NCBI GenBank assembly: GCA_002269645.1 | Contig: NIVC01000150.1 | Location: 620,001 to 684,000, forward strand | Direction: 5' to 3' | From: Macrostomum lignano | Taxonomy: Eukaryota | Length of the DNA: 64,000 nt | Shown here: piece by piece, positions 46,659-59,345 of the stretch | Layout: each line of letters starts with the position of its first letter | Numbering within the stretch: the first letter of the stretch is position 1 | Made by a program: the position numbers and the translations under genes | Notes under the pieces: model-generated | The model's database searches: none | Told to the model about the DNA's origin: nothing | The model's input: only the letters and a program-made list of their open reading frames with translations

Positions 46659-49391
46659 GTGGTACGTGCAGCAGGAGGTTCAAATTTAATTCTAAAAAAG
46701 GTTACAGATCTGAAATTTTGACAAGTTTCCGAGAAGAGTTTCTTAAGTAAAGCAAATATAACTTGCGTAAAAATCGATATAGAATAAAACCAAAGTTTTT
46801 AATTACTATTTATATGTTTCTAACTAGAATGTGTTAATGCTTCATCTTGAGTAGTAATTTGTTGCATTTTTGGCAGCTGATTACGTTTCTCTATTCCTAT
46901 TCCCATCCCTATGCTGCATCTCTATTCCCAACAAATGTTTCTGTCAGTGGGGCGGCACAAGAGAAGTTTTTTGCATTGGTTATATAATCTGACATACTCA
47001 ATTGAAGGGATTAACTTAAAATTTCAAAGCAATGCCAAAAAACTAGATTTTTATTGCAATAAATAGTGCAAACCTAAAAATTAGCGGGGGAGGCTCACGA
47101 AGCTCACGGATCTCCATGTTTTTGGCAAAATTTCGCTTTCCCCCTTTGATTTTTTCGGATCTCTGCCTTCCCTAGTTTATGTTACTGATCGCAAAACAAG
47201 CCTCAGGTTTCAATTAGAAACAGATTTCCTGTCAGCTGTACGTACATGTTATGTGTACGATACGTGTAGTAGTGCATGTACGAGCGTATATACGTGTACA
47301 AACATGTATAGGGGCAGTGGCGGTCGCGGAGTGTCCCCCTCCCTCCGATCGATCGAGCTGCAACGTTACAGACAAGCCACGTAAATGCAGATGTAGTACA
47401 TGCGCATCTGTTATAAAAGTCAAGATGCATGAGCTTTTGATCTGCTTCAAATAAAACTATATCGCCATTTTGTGGCAAAAAAGAATAATTGTTCTATCGT
47501 TCAGCGTCAGCGTACATAGCACAGCACTTTTCGTGCAACCCCACATATGCGTTCTGATAAAACGATCAAGGTTCCCTTTCCAGCTTATCTTTAGTCCTCC
47601 TTGCATGAGATCATGAACGCCATGCTTAAGTACTACGAGTATAGGAGCCTCTAGGAGAATATAGGAGAATAAATTCTAGTTCTAGAACCAGAACCAGTGT
47701 GAAATGAGGAGCTTCGAACCCATTTTATGTTTGACAGTCTTTACAATTTAATTTTGTCGTTTTTGACTTTGTTTCCACTTGGATATGACAAAAAAGGAAT
47801 AATTATATAACAAATAATAAAAAATTGACGATTTCAAATATATTTTGCTGTTAAGTCTAAACATGACAACGGTTCGAGAAAATTTCTCGAACCATATTCT
47901 AGAACCAGAACCATGTTCCGGAACTGATTCTGTTTTTCGAACCATCGATATGAAGAGCGTCGAACCGGTTCGGAACCGGTTCCGTTTTTCGAACCGGCGA
48001 TATGAAGAGGCTCTAGCTAGACAACTTCACATGCATGCAGAGACGTGTTGACGAGCTATTTACTGTACATAAATTTACTGTACGTAAATTGCACAAGAAA
48101 TCGAAAGCTTTGTTCTTTCTCAAAAGTTCAATCATCAAAATGAATCCTTAGGAAGAGAATCGCTGAAAAGCTGTGGCTCATGGGGGAATTGCTAAGATTT
48201 CAAGGCTTACAGGGAAATTGCAGAGCTGAGACACCAAAAGCTCACGGAGAGATTGCTGAAACGCTGTGGCTCATGGGGCCGGGATCTTGTCAAGACTTAT
48301 AGGGGAATTCCTATAAGATGTCAAGGCTCATGTGGAAATCGCTAAGATGTCAAGGCTCAATAGTAGTAGATTGCTGAACTGCTGTGGCTCAAGGGCGGGT
48401 TTGACAATTGCCAAGTATCAATCGGGAGTTATTGGTAGGCGAAGCATTATAGGGAGTCAGGCTTAACCCATGGCTTAATAAAGCTAGGGGGGCTTTGATG
48501 CCAGGGCTCAAAGGTGGTGCAGCTGATAGGTTAGGCTAGATACATGTAGCTGGCTTTCAGACCTTTTTTGCTGGCTTTTTTGCTTTAAACATCTTTTTCT
48601 CAAGAAACTGACAATAGTGACTGTACAAGGTCAAAAAACTGCATGTTGTTTAATTTTTATTTCTTTCTTTGTTGCCTCCCCCTAAACGGGGCTGGCGCAG
48701 ATTGCTTGCAAGCGTCTAAAAATAGAAACAATGCGGTGTGCTCGAAAGCAACGTTCGAGAGAGGCAGGTAGTTGCCTACTTGTGTAAACAACTCTATGAA
48801 TCTTGAAATTTTCCAAGTTAAAAATACCAAACAAGCAGTTTGTCATCACGAGGGGCTATCTTTTGTTAAGCAATTTAATGCGTCCACTAACGTGACTTTC
48901 AAAAAACACAAACAGGAAAACTAAGGCTGGCGCACTTGTTTTTAGGCGTACGAACCAGCCTCAGTGTAAGGGCATGGAGTACGCAGCACGCAGATGGGCA
49001 GACGGACGGCTATTAGCCTATTTTTAATTCGCTCCTTGAGGCGAGTGGAAATTACCACTGGACTTCACCATTACAGCCACACGACTGATCAGTCATCCAT
49101 GCCGTGCGGGCAACCCGGGATCCCCCGCTGTCAGCCAATGAAAAGGATCGGCGATAAGGTCAAATGGAGGTTTTCCAGCGCTGGCCACGGCTTCACCTCA
49201 TGAACACAGAGTCCGACAATCATAGTTCTTGGCACGCTCCCTCCCCCCCCCCCAAGGTCAAAACAAGTAAAAAATAAGATAAAAATGGGCGCAATCTACC
49301 ACTAACTAAGCAGTAAGCATTTCGGCTTATTCAAATTCCCAAGCAATTCTAAATTAACTGAGTCTATCTGATTCTGTTTGGAGCGTCTAAT

Positions 49392-50153
49392 ATGCTACCT
49401 AGAACTAGAACTAGTTCATTATCTCGGCCGGCTTGCGGCTCTCGCAGTCACAGCACTAGCAGCAGCGCATCTGCAGCCAATGTCACCGGCGATCGGGAGC
49501 TGCTGTGGAGCAGAATTCGCGACACGGACAGCCTGCAGAGCCTGCTAGCGGCTATTGAGGCGGCCGGCTTCCACCCGCTAGTGCTGCCGCGGGCCAGCCT
49601 GCTCAGGAAAGACGCCGCTGATGACGTAGATTTCGGCGCCATCCTCGGCCAGCTGGGCATCTTCGGCGCCATCCTCGACTGCAAGTCAGTCGCCGACTCT
49701 GTTCAGCGAGAGCTAACCCGCCTAGAGCTGAATCTGATCAAGCTGGGCGTAACCAAGATCAGCATTAACTTGCTGTGCCGGCATCTCGAGGTAGCCAAAA
49801 ATGTCGGCAAAGCCTTCTGCCTGGTCATCGACGACCGCGCGCCGCCTGCCACCACGGCTAAGTCGGTGTTCGAAACCATGGAAGCCTCCCGACATCTCGG
49901 CCTGGTGAACGGCGGACGCCTGCCCGCCATCATTTTTGGCGGCGGCGGCGAGAGCGATACGCTGACGCGAATCGAGGACCGCGACGTCGACGCCGCCTCG
50001 TCGGCTTCGTCTGGCGACGAGCAATCGCTGCAGTCGGACTCTGCTGGCGCTGCATCCGGTGAGCCGCTGGAGATGCAGCACAAGCTGTGCCGCTTCACCG
50101 ACCTGATGCTCGTGGCCTACGAGAACAGCTGCGGTCGGGCGCAAGCCGTTTGA
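49392..50153 (+). CDS. Uncharacterised intronless 253-aa protein
   Basis: Non-repetitive ORF with the same GC3-rich codon style as the confirmed genes, in AT-rich flanks; true start uncertain; no family recognised. Confidence 0.7.
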   Translation: MLPRTRTSSLSRPACGSRSHSTSSSASAANVTGDRELLWSRIRDTDSLQSLLAAIEAAGFHPLVLPRASLLRKDAADDVDFGAILGQLGIFGAILDCKSVADSVQRELTRLELNLIKLGVTKISINLLCRHLEVAKNVGKAFCLVIDDRAPPATTAKSVFETMEASRHLGLVNGGRLPAIIFGGGGESDTLTRIEDRDVDAASSASSGDEQSLQSDSAGAASGEPLEMQHKLCRFTDLMLVAYENSCGRAQAV

Positions 50154-53100
50154 TTCAAAATCAGGCAGTTTTGTTTTAACTATTCTATAATGTTGAACAA
50201 AATCTGCATGCCCGTGAACAGTCAGCAGAATTGTATAATGGGTGTCCGATATAGCAGCTTACCATTTTAATTGACACTCGTGTTCGGCACTCAAGTACGC
50301 CCTGATCTCTAGGCTTCGCTGCATACCGAAAGTCAAACATCAGCAATTTGATGATCTGTCAAAAACCGCATTCGACTCTATCACTAGGTGCAGGAGCTAT
50401 AGTCCTTAACGATAGGCAGAAGTAGCTTTGAAAGAACTTCTGAAGGCCAACTTAAATGGCCTTCATTCGTCTGCGTGCAAAGCTTATTTCCAATTAGTTT
50501 CAAGGGCTATAGCTCCCTTGCTATGCCCAGTGCTCGAATTGAATGCGGTTTTAGATGTTAATTTGTACATGTACCCGCACCTGGTATTGGCAGTTAGGAA
50601 ATTCTTGAAATTATCTCTTTTAAATTCGGAGAGCCGATTTCAGGAATTGAAAGCGAGGAGAGCTGTGAAATCTCAATCGTCAATGTAGGTCCGCAAGTCT
50701 GAGTTAATGTATAATTATAGTCAGGACAAAATATTCAACTTCTTACATGTACTGCAGATCTTGCTGGCATGCGTTATTTGCTTTAAAATAATCTTTTATT
50801 ATTAAAAAATGTTTTTTTAATTGCGTCTTCTGAGTTCTGATTGCCCTAAAGGTACATGCTGTCGAGCTTAGAAAACTGATTAATCAGATTAGGCAAGCGA
50901 AATCGTACATGTATGAAAACAAGTTGCGTTTATTGTTTTCTTTTTCGCACAAAAAAATAAAGCTTACATGTAATTTTCATGTTGATTTCAATTTCTACCA
51001 GTCCGATTGGCATGTACATTATCCCTGCGTACTTCGAAGTACCGTAAAGCTAAATCATGCTTAATATCATTTATTTTTACTAGAACGTTTTCACCACCCG
51101 CGAAATGAAACCAGACAAATCTTGTACTATTAAGTAGGCCCTAACCTCCGAAAAAGTGCACTTTAAAAACATGGACCATAAACTCTAAAGAAATTAAAGC
51201 AATGCATTGCTTAACTATAATTGCTAATTAACCTTTACAATTCTTTATCTCATCTATGACCTTATAGCGTTAGCGATTAATGCAATAACACGTGAGCTGA
51301 AACTCTCACACGTCTCTGAAACATTACACGGCTCCATTTTGCAATTAGCGCCCGAGCTATTACTGACTGATAAGGAATTGCATTCGAATTAGGATAATCT
51401 ATAATGAAGAGCTGCCAAAAACACATTTAAGGCTGGGTTCCCATTATCGCTAGTAGCTCCGCGGGTTCAAGATAGATCAAATCAATTTACAGTGGGTTTA
51501 GGCCCATGCTAACAGTGATTTGAACAATCTAAGACGCTTCCATACCACAACTGTACATGCAAACTGAACCCGTTTAGTTTGTTCAGAACTAAACTTAAAG
51601 TAGAATAAAAATTTGTCTTCCACTTCAATCTTGGTAAATTTCGGCGGTTTGTATTTTAAAACTACATCAAACTTGCAAATATATTGTAGAAGTCTATTTA
51701 GCCTACTTTAAGTAGAAAATATAGGCGTTTGTTTTCTTTTCTGAATTCAATACGCTGCTGTAGTGTAGAATCAAGATCTGACAAATTAAAATTGAAAAAA
51801 AAACACGAAGCATAAAAGCAAATGAATTCGCCTAAATTTAATTGCAGTGTGAAATTCGTTCTTAAATTATTTTAAGCTTGTTTTTCTTCCTCGTGTTTTT
51901 ATTTATTAGCTAGAATAAACTACTAGAAAAACCAGACTGCCTACTTGCGCAACAGGCGGATAAGACTTGGAAGTCTGGGCAGCCGCTGCAGCAACAGACA
52001 GCAGTAGCTTGTGTTATACATCTCTCTATATCGCCTCAGATCTACTATGCTTGCAAGCCAGAATTATGCCACAGGTATGCAACAATATTAATAAAGTTCT
52101 TTGCAAATAAAAATTCCTTAATAAAGTTACGACGCTATTAGTTTACGAAACTCTACCGTTCTAGCGGGTGGGGGGAGGAGACGGGAAACGATAACCGATG
52201 GAGCAGCGCTGCAGATCGCGTGCTTTGCGAAAGTAAATTTTTAATAACAGAATTTTAAAAAAGACACGAACTGATTCTTACATAGATATTCTTAAGTTTT
52301 TGTTAAGAAACTACAGATACTTCTATCTACTATATATACTACTAAATAGTACTACAACAACAACGATGTTAGTTTTTATAACACAGAGTTCTGCAGACGT
52401 CTGGGCGGGCCTGGCCTGATCGAATTCCGCTTGCTGTGTGGGAGACTAAGAATGGACTCAAGACGGATTGCTTTACAGAAGCAGAAGAGACAATGGGCGG
52501 GGAAGAGAGAACAAAAAACTAACGAATGCTTGCACAAATTCAATGCTATACAATTAAGCTAGTTCAATTTTCAAAGTCAGATCTGCTATTTGGGCACCGA
52601 AGGGATCGGGATAATCTGGGATTCGAATATTTGGGGAATAAGAGTGGATGAAGAATCGGAATTTAAAAGAAGCACAGAAGGATATGGCGGCCAACTGCTG
52701 TGGACATTAGCTGACTGAGACTGACTGACGAAATCAATTTTGTTAAAATCAAAAAGCGGTCTTATAGAGAACACACCAAAGGAAGGTCTCGGGCAAAAAC
52801 TGTGTGTAAAAGAGAAAAAAACACAAAGCCATATTAGCAGGAACACGCTATTGCCCAATTGATCAATCGCGCACACACAAAAGTACATGCAGGGTAGGTA
52901 AAATCCGGCTTAGAATCCGAAGTGGCCAATACTTGAGTGTGCGCTGCGAATAAATTATTCCTCGACCCTCCCGCCCCTTAATAAGAATTGGATTCGAGAA
53001 AAGGTGACTTTTCTTAAATAGGATTATATCTGCTTAGTACGGTCCGGACTGCACAGGTGTTCTGTTTGCGCGTCATCACTCTCTCTAAATAATATAATAT

Positions 53101-53179
53101 GCAGCATTAATATGTCCGCTCACTGTGCCGCGAGTCACTAAAGTAGCCGATCGGGGCCTGTTTAGACCCGATTGGCTAC

Positions 53180-56100
53180 TCAGGGCGCCGCCTGCGGATA
53201 ATACGGCTGGTGATAGATAGGCGGATAGGCTGCAGCCGACGGCCCTGGCGGCATTGGCGGGTATTGCAAAGCCACGGCAGCCTGCGGCACCTGCTGCGGA
53301 TGAGGCTGCAGTGTATAGTACTGCACAGACTGCACCGACTGCGGGTGGAAGTACTGAGCCGCTAGCGGCATCATCGGAGCCGTTGTCATGCCGGGGGCGC
53401 CGGCGGCTGCTGCGGCGGCGGCAGCAGCGGCAGCCGCTTGTTGATGTTGTTGCTGCTGTTGTTGTTGTTGCTGCTGCTGCTGCTGCGAAGACCGCTGCTG
53501 TTGGTGCTGTTGATGCTGCGAATGCGGCGGTTGTTGCTGTTGCTGCTGCTGCTGCTGAGGCGGCGGCGGCTGCAGCATGTAGTGAGGCCCACTGGGGTAG
53601 CCTGAAGGCATCAGAATCTGGCCAGGAGCGTTCGTCACATGCAGACGGATGGGCGGGTTGGCTGCGGCTGCAGCGGCGGCAGCGGCGGCGGCGACAGCCG
53701 ATTGCTGCTGCTGTTGAGATCCGCCAGCGCCGCCGCCGCCACCACCCGGCTGCTGCTGCTGGCCGTACTGTGAAGGCGGGGCAGACTGGTTTGGCTTCTG
53801 CTGACCCGCTTGCTGCTGCTGCTGCTGTTGTTGTTGCTGCTGCTGCTGATGATGATGCGGCTGCGAGTGCTGATGCTGGTGCTGCGGAGGCTGCTGCTGC
53901 TGCTGCATTGGCGGCATCTGCGGCGGAGGCGCGTAGGCGTGCGGCGCGTAGCCGGCAGCGCCGGGATGCATGATTGGCTGAAAGGGCATGTAGCCAGGCT
54001 GCTGATAGCCGGAGGACAGCTGCATAAACTGGTGCTGTTGCGCAGCGGCGGCTGCGGGCTGCTGAGCCGGGATGGGCCGGCCGCCAGCGTAGCTGCTGTA
54101 GATGCTAACTGAGGAAGTTGGCATCGGCGGCTGCATAAAGCTTGGCGGCATGTTGGCCGCCATTGCCGGAGCCTGCGAGGCCGAATGAGTTGGCAGCGGT
54201 TGAATATTGGGCGGCAGCTGCGACGTTGGCGGAGGCGGCGGCGCAGGCGGCGGTGGCGGAGGCGGCTGAGGCTGAGGATTCGCGCGCGAAGCGGCGGCCG
54301 GCTGAGCAGCGGACGGAGCAGTCGGCACGAACTCTTCAGCGAATACATTCAGGCCCTGCTTTGTTGAGCTGGACGAATTCGAACCCGAGGCGGACGCGCC
54401 AGATTCGGCTGAGGTCGCTGGCGGAGCCGACTGCTGCTGCGGCTCAGGCGACTGCTGGCTCATCTGGCGCGACGGTGTGCGAGAGCCGCCTGGCACAGGC
54501 CGCTGCTGCTGCTGCTGTTGAAGCTGCTGCTGCTGCTTAGCCAAGATGGCCGGCGGCGGAGTCACCTGCTGTTGCATTAGCGGCTCCACTGCCGTCCTAA
54601 CGCCGCCGTTGCCAACCATATTTGGCGGCGGCATACCGGCAGGCATGGGCGGCGGCGGCTGGTGCAGCATAGCGTGCTGCGGAGGCGGTGGTTGCTGCAT
54701 CACAGACGGGATCATAGCCGACTGGGGCAGAGGCGGCGGAGGCTGCAGAACGGCGGCGGCCACCGCCGGCTGCTGCATCATGGCTGGGGGCACGGCAACA
54801 GCCGATGGCGGAGGCACCTGCTGCTGTTGTTGTTGCTGCTGCTGATTGGGCCTGCGGTTAGGCGGGCAGTACTTAGACGGATCGCGAGGCGGTGGCTGTC
54901 CAGTACCTGTAGGAGCCATTGAGGTTGGCGCAGGTGTCGCTGCCGTGGTGGCGGCTGTGGTTGCTGGAGCTGTTGATTGCTGCTGCTGCTGCTGGATAGG
55001 CGGAGTCCTGGCCGGCGGCGGGGTGTCCAGCTTGGACTTGGCCGGCCGAGCAGCGGGAGCGTCCTGTCCGGGCCTGTGCACGGCTGAATAGCGCATCTCC
55101 TCGTCCATGTCGTCGCGACTCTCCCTACAGATATTGTCCCTGTAGTCTCTGTTGCCCTCGATCTCGCGAGCCAATTGAGTCGCCCGCTCCTCGCGACGCT
55201 GCCAATCCGGGTCGTTGGTGCGCACCAGCGGCGTGGTGTACTCTGGCAGGTGGTCCTGGAAGCTGGACGGGCCCATCAGGGTCTCGTTTCGTTTAAACAT
55301 CTCGTGCGGATCGAATAACGGGCCGCCGCTTTTGGCCGACTTGAAGGTGGCCGACTCCAAACCTGATAGGTTCTCGGCGACGGGCTTCTCGTCGAATTCG
55401 AACATCTGCGGGGTGCGTAGGAGGCGGAGTGCTGGAGTGGAGCCATGCTTCGGATTTTTGCGATTATCCAAGATTCTGTAGAAAAATGCGATTCTATAGT
55501 GGAGGGCGATTCTGTAGGGGAGGGCGATTCTATGGGAGGGCGATTCTGTGGGAGAGGTCGATTCTTTAGGAGGGCGATTGCGTAGAAGAGGGCGATTCTG
55601 TGGGAGAGGGCGATTCTGTGGGAGAGGGCGATTGCGTAGAAAAGGGCGATTCTGTGGGAGAGGTCGATTTTGTATGAGGAAGATGTGACAGCGAATGTTA
55701 AGAAGAGGCGGGGAATTCCTTTCAAACAGAGAAGAGCCAATCAGTAGTTACATAATTTTCCTCACGAAATCTCTTACAGTTATTGGTATAAAAAGCAGCA
55801 ATATATTTCCAACAAACCTGCAAGTCACCGCCGCCCTGACTTCCAGCAGCAGCAGCGGCGTCCGCCGGCGCTTTCGCATTCGACGCCGTTGAAGCGTTAG
55901 ACGATGTTGAAGTCTGCGACTGAGGTGGACGGTGGCGCTGCAGCACCACCTGTGGCTTCTTAGTAGCCGTGGCGATGCCCTCGTCAGTGACGAAGCTTTC
56001 AACGTTGCCAGACGGCGTCGATTTTTGCGCTGTCGTTGAACCTGCGGCGGCAATGGAATCGGCGGGGCCAGGCGAAGGCGAGTTGGCGGTCGGGGCCGGG

Positions 56101-56839
56101 CTGGCGCGGTGGTGATTGGCCGCCGCTGCCGCGGAGACGGTTTTCAGCACCTCGTTGCAGTCAACATCGGCCACGGTGAACTCCTTGATGTCGGCCAGTC
56201 GGACAAACATATCGTTGTTGTTGCCGTTGCCGCTGTCCGACTGATAAATGCGCAGAGTGTCCGGCGACATGATGGTGCGCAACACGCCTTCCGGACCTGG
56301 CTGCTGGCTGTCAACTAGCTCCAGCTTCACCGGCTGGCCAATCAGGTAGCGGGTGGCCACGTGGACAAAGGACGGATTGGTCATGATGCCCTGGATATTG
56401 TCCAGCTGGGGCTGCTGCCCGGCACCGCCGGCCTGCTCGGAGATGTTTTTTGGTTAAAAATATGATTTATGCTGATTGGCAAGATTGTTTGATTGACAGC
56501 ATAAATAGGGAATAATTATGTGATAGTGATAGATGAATGATTTAAACAAACAACAACAGACCTGGCCAAATGCGGGCGGAGCGCCGCCGTGGCCCGCGTT
56601 GCCACCGCCGCGACTGTAAGAAGTCAGGCCCTTCCCATAGACGGGGCGGCTAAAAAAGTCATAAATTGCGAATCAAACGGCAGTCAAGACAATGGTTGCA
56701 AAATTGTGAATAAATTCAACCATTCTTGAATAAGTGGACACCCTTCGGCTTACTTAAGATTGTTTTGTCCTGCAGGACGATTGCGAGAAGATGTACCGCG
56801 ACTGTTACGCTGCTGCTGCATGCTCTGACCAGAGGGCAT
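53180..56839 (-). CDS. ATXN2: Ataxin-2 homolog, 4 exons, about 1004 aa
   Basis: complement(join(53180..55405,55818..56432,56562..56649,56754..56839))=3015 nt. Lsm domain, FVTDEGI, LsmAD (FDPHEMFKRNE...REERATQLAREIE...DEEMRYSAVHR), PAM2 LNVFAEEFVP, Q/P/A-rich tail. Confidence 0.93.
55480..55670. repeat. ~19-bp minisatellite in ATXN2 intron 3
   Basis: GGGCGATTCTGTGGGAGA. Confidence 0.88.
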
Positions 56840-58312
56840 GTCAGGTTGAAGCTAAACAAGTGTAAATAACTGTCTTGTATTCCTTTATGCAACTATCTGA
56901 GCAATAATAATTTCACTATGCAGACGTTTCCTTCCTTTAATGCGATTGATTGCTGAGAGATTTTCTTGTCTCAATGTAACAGGATATGTTGTGCTGGAGG
57001 ATCTAAAATTTACAAGGGGCATTAATGCACATGCTTGTTGATGTCAGACATTTTGCCAATACTACAGAGTCCATGCTAACAGATGAACTTACATTTGACA
57101 ATCAAAAGTACCCCCCCCCTCTAGGCTCCTGGTTATTTCTCATGCCTAGCACCATACATGTGCAAGTTTTTACTTTTCTTTACTTTCTATCGTTTTCTAA
57201 TTTCTGTTTTGTTTTGCCTTTTTATTTTTGCTTTGTTTTGCCACTTTTATTGTTTTTTTTCCTCTTGCCTTTATTCTTTTTGATACTCTATGTTTCATTT
57301 TTGATTATCAATTTTGCAACTTGATAATTAATGTTGAGCAACTTTTAATTCTTCCTTATCTCTAATTAGCTAAACACCTGTCTGAATTTAATAAATGAGT
57401 ATGAGCATCATCCCTCTTAACTGCATGCTAGCTGTTCCACTTTCAAGAGTTGGCTGTCTATAGGCTAGTAAAAAAAGAATATTTTTCCTAAAATTAATTG
57501 TCAATCATTGCAATAATTATGTTATCATAACAATGTGAACATAGACATACAGGGGTTAAGATTGGTGCATAGTTTCCTGAGAAAGTCTGTATATCTTTGC
57601 TACATCTTGCATTGGCTTATAGCTATACTGACTCTTGTATAAAAATCTTTGCAAATACTACAAATGAAATTTACATGGCAAAGCACCCAGTAGGCAATTG
57701 CCTTGCTAATATTTCAATGACATCAATATGCCTACTAAGCTGTATGCTTTGATAATGCTCTACTACTTCTATAGCAGCAATAAAAGCTATATAAAATATG
57801 GAAATGGAGATATAAGTAAAAATTAAGCATATTCTATTAAGATTTGAGAAGGCATTTAAGAAAATGAAAGATTAAGAAGCTTGAATTTGAAGAGTTAAGA
57901 GTGTTACAGGTTGTGGGCTTGTGGCTTATAAATGAGGAAAAGAAATTAAGAATGGGAAACCATGTGGTCCATATCTTAAGGAAAATCAAGGGTGCTTAAG
58001 CAGTTGCAAGTATGTTGTGCTCAGATTTTAGACTTTAGAAGAAGTGGAGAATTAAGAATTGAGTTGATAGAACAAAGATTTAAGGGCACTGATTTGGGAG
58101 GGTAAGGTTAGCATTTGGTCTACGCGCATTTCATCGAATAAGAAATAAAGATGCTAGTCTATTTCCCTATAGAAAAAAATTTATAAAACCATATACGGTG
58201 TCTGAGGCACTTTCAAAATTTTTCTAAAGCACAGTGCATACACAGGTGCGCGCGCTGCCCTCTTTGCTAGCTGCTACTCTAGCAAATAAATATACACAGA
58301 AAAGGGTCTAAT

Positions 58313-58895
58313 CCATAGTCCGGATCATGTCGTTTACGCCAGAGATCTTCGGCGTAAATCTGGTTTGGGATCGGAGGCTGGCATAAGTGCTTGGCATAAG
58401 TATAGGCCAAAATGTGCCTTGGTGTAAGTGCTTAGCGTAAGTACATGGCATAAATCAAGTGGCGTAAATGTTGGCACAAATGAGATCATTTACAATCAAA
58501 TGTATCACTATAGAACATTACACATTTGCATTAATTATGATGTTAAAGACCAGCATTAAAACAAAGTTCATTAAAATATTGCAGTTCGTATAAATGAGAT
58601 AGCAGAATATCTATTGTAGGATAGCAAAAGTTTTTTTAGCTTTAAGATGCTTACTTTGATTCTTGATTCAGAATTTGCAACTTGTGAGATTTTCAAACAG
58701 TTGCAACTTCTGAATTTAATTAATCACCGATTAATTGTAAATCATCTATTCTATTCTATTCACAAGAATTGTGAGGGACCTTTTTTGGGTGGCATAAGTC
58801 AGAGGGACCTTTTTTGGTTGGCATAAGTCTGGCGTAAGTGCCAAAAAATGTTGGATTTTTCCTCCGGCATAAGTCCAGCATGATCCAGACTATGG
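58313..58895. mobile_element. MITE with CCATAGTC termini and 8-bp TSD
   Basis: CCATAGTCCGGATCATG / CATGATCCAGACTATGG; TSD GGTCTAAT at 58305-58312 and 58896-58903. Confidence 0.9.
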
Positions 58896-59345
58896 GGTCT
58901 AATACCTTTATGGAAGGGGCTATACACTCTTAATTTTTTGTATAAATGCTTAAAGATGTTCCAAAATTTGGAATTTTTAAAAGTGAATTTTAATTTTGAG
59001 TGTGTAAAGAGTGGCTAAAAATAAACTAATTTGTGCTAAATATACATGTGTTTTGCATAAGCAGTAAATCAAGAGTAAAAAAGTAAAAAAATCTGGGGGC
59101 CATTGCCTAGCAGTAGATTAGCTACTCTGGTATGCCAGCGACCTAGGCTTAATTCCAAGTGCAGTCACATTAATTTGAGGCTGAATTGGAATCTTAACTT
59201 GGCTCTGCTTGGCCTTGAGAGCCAACCCCTTAAGGTGCAATGAATTATACATGCCTAACAATAATATAAAGTTAGGGCCGCTGTACACTCCTATGTGAAT
59301 ATGTGCCTATATATGTATCTGCATGCTTGCATGCCTACTCAGGGC

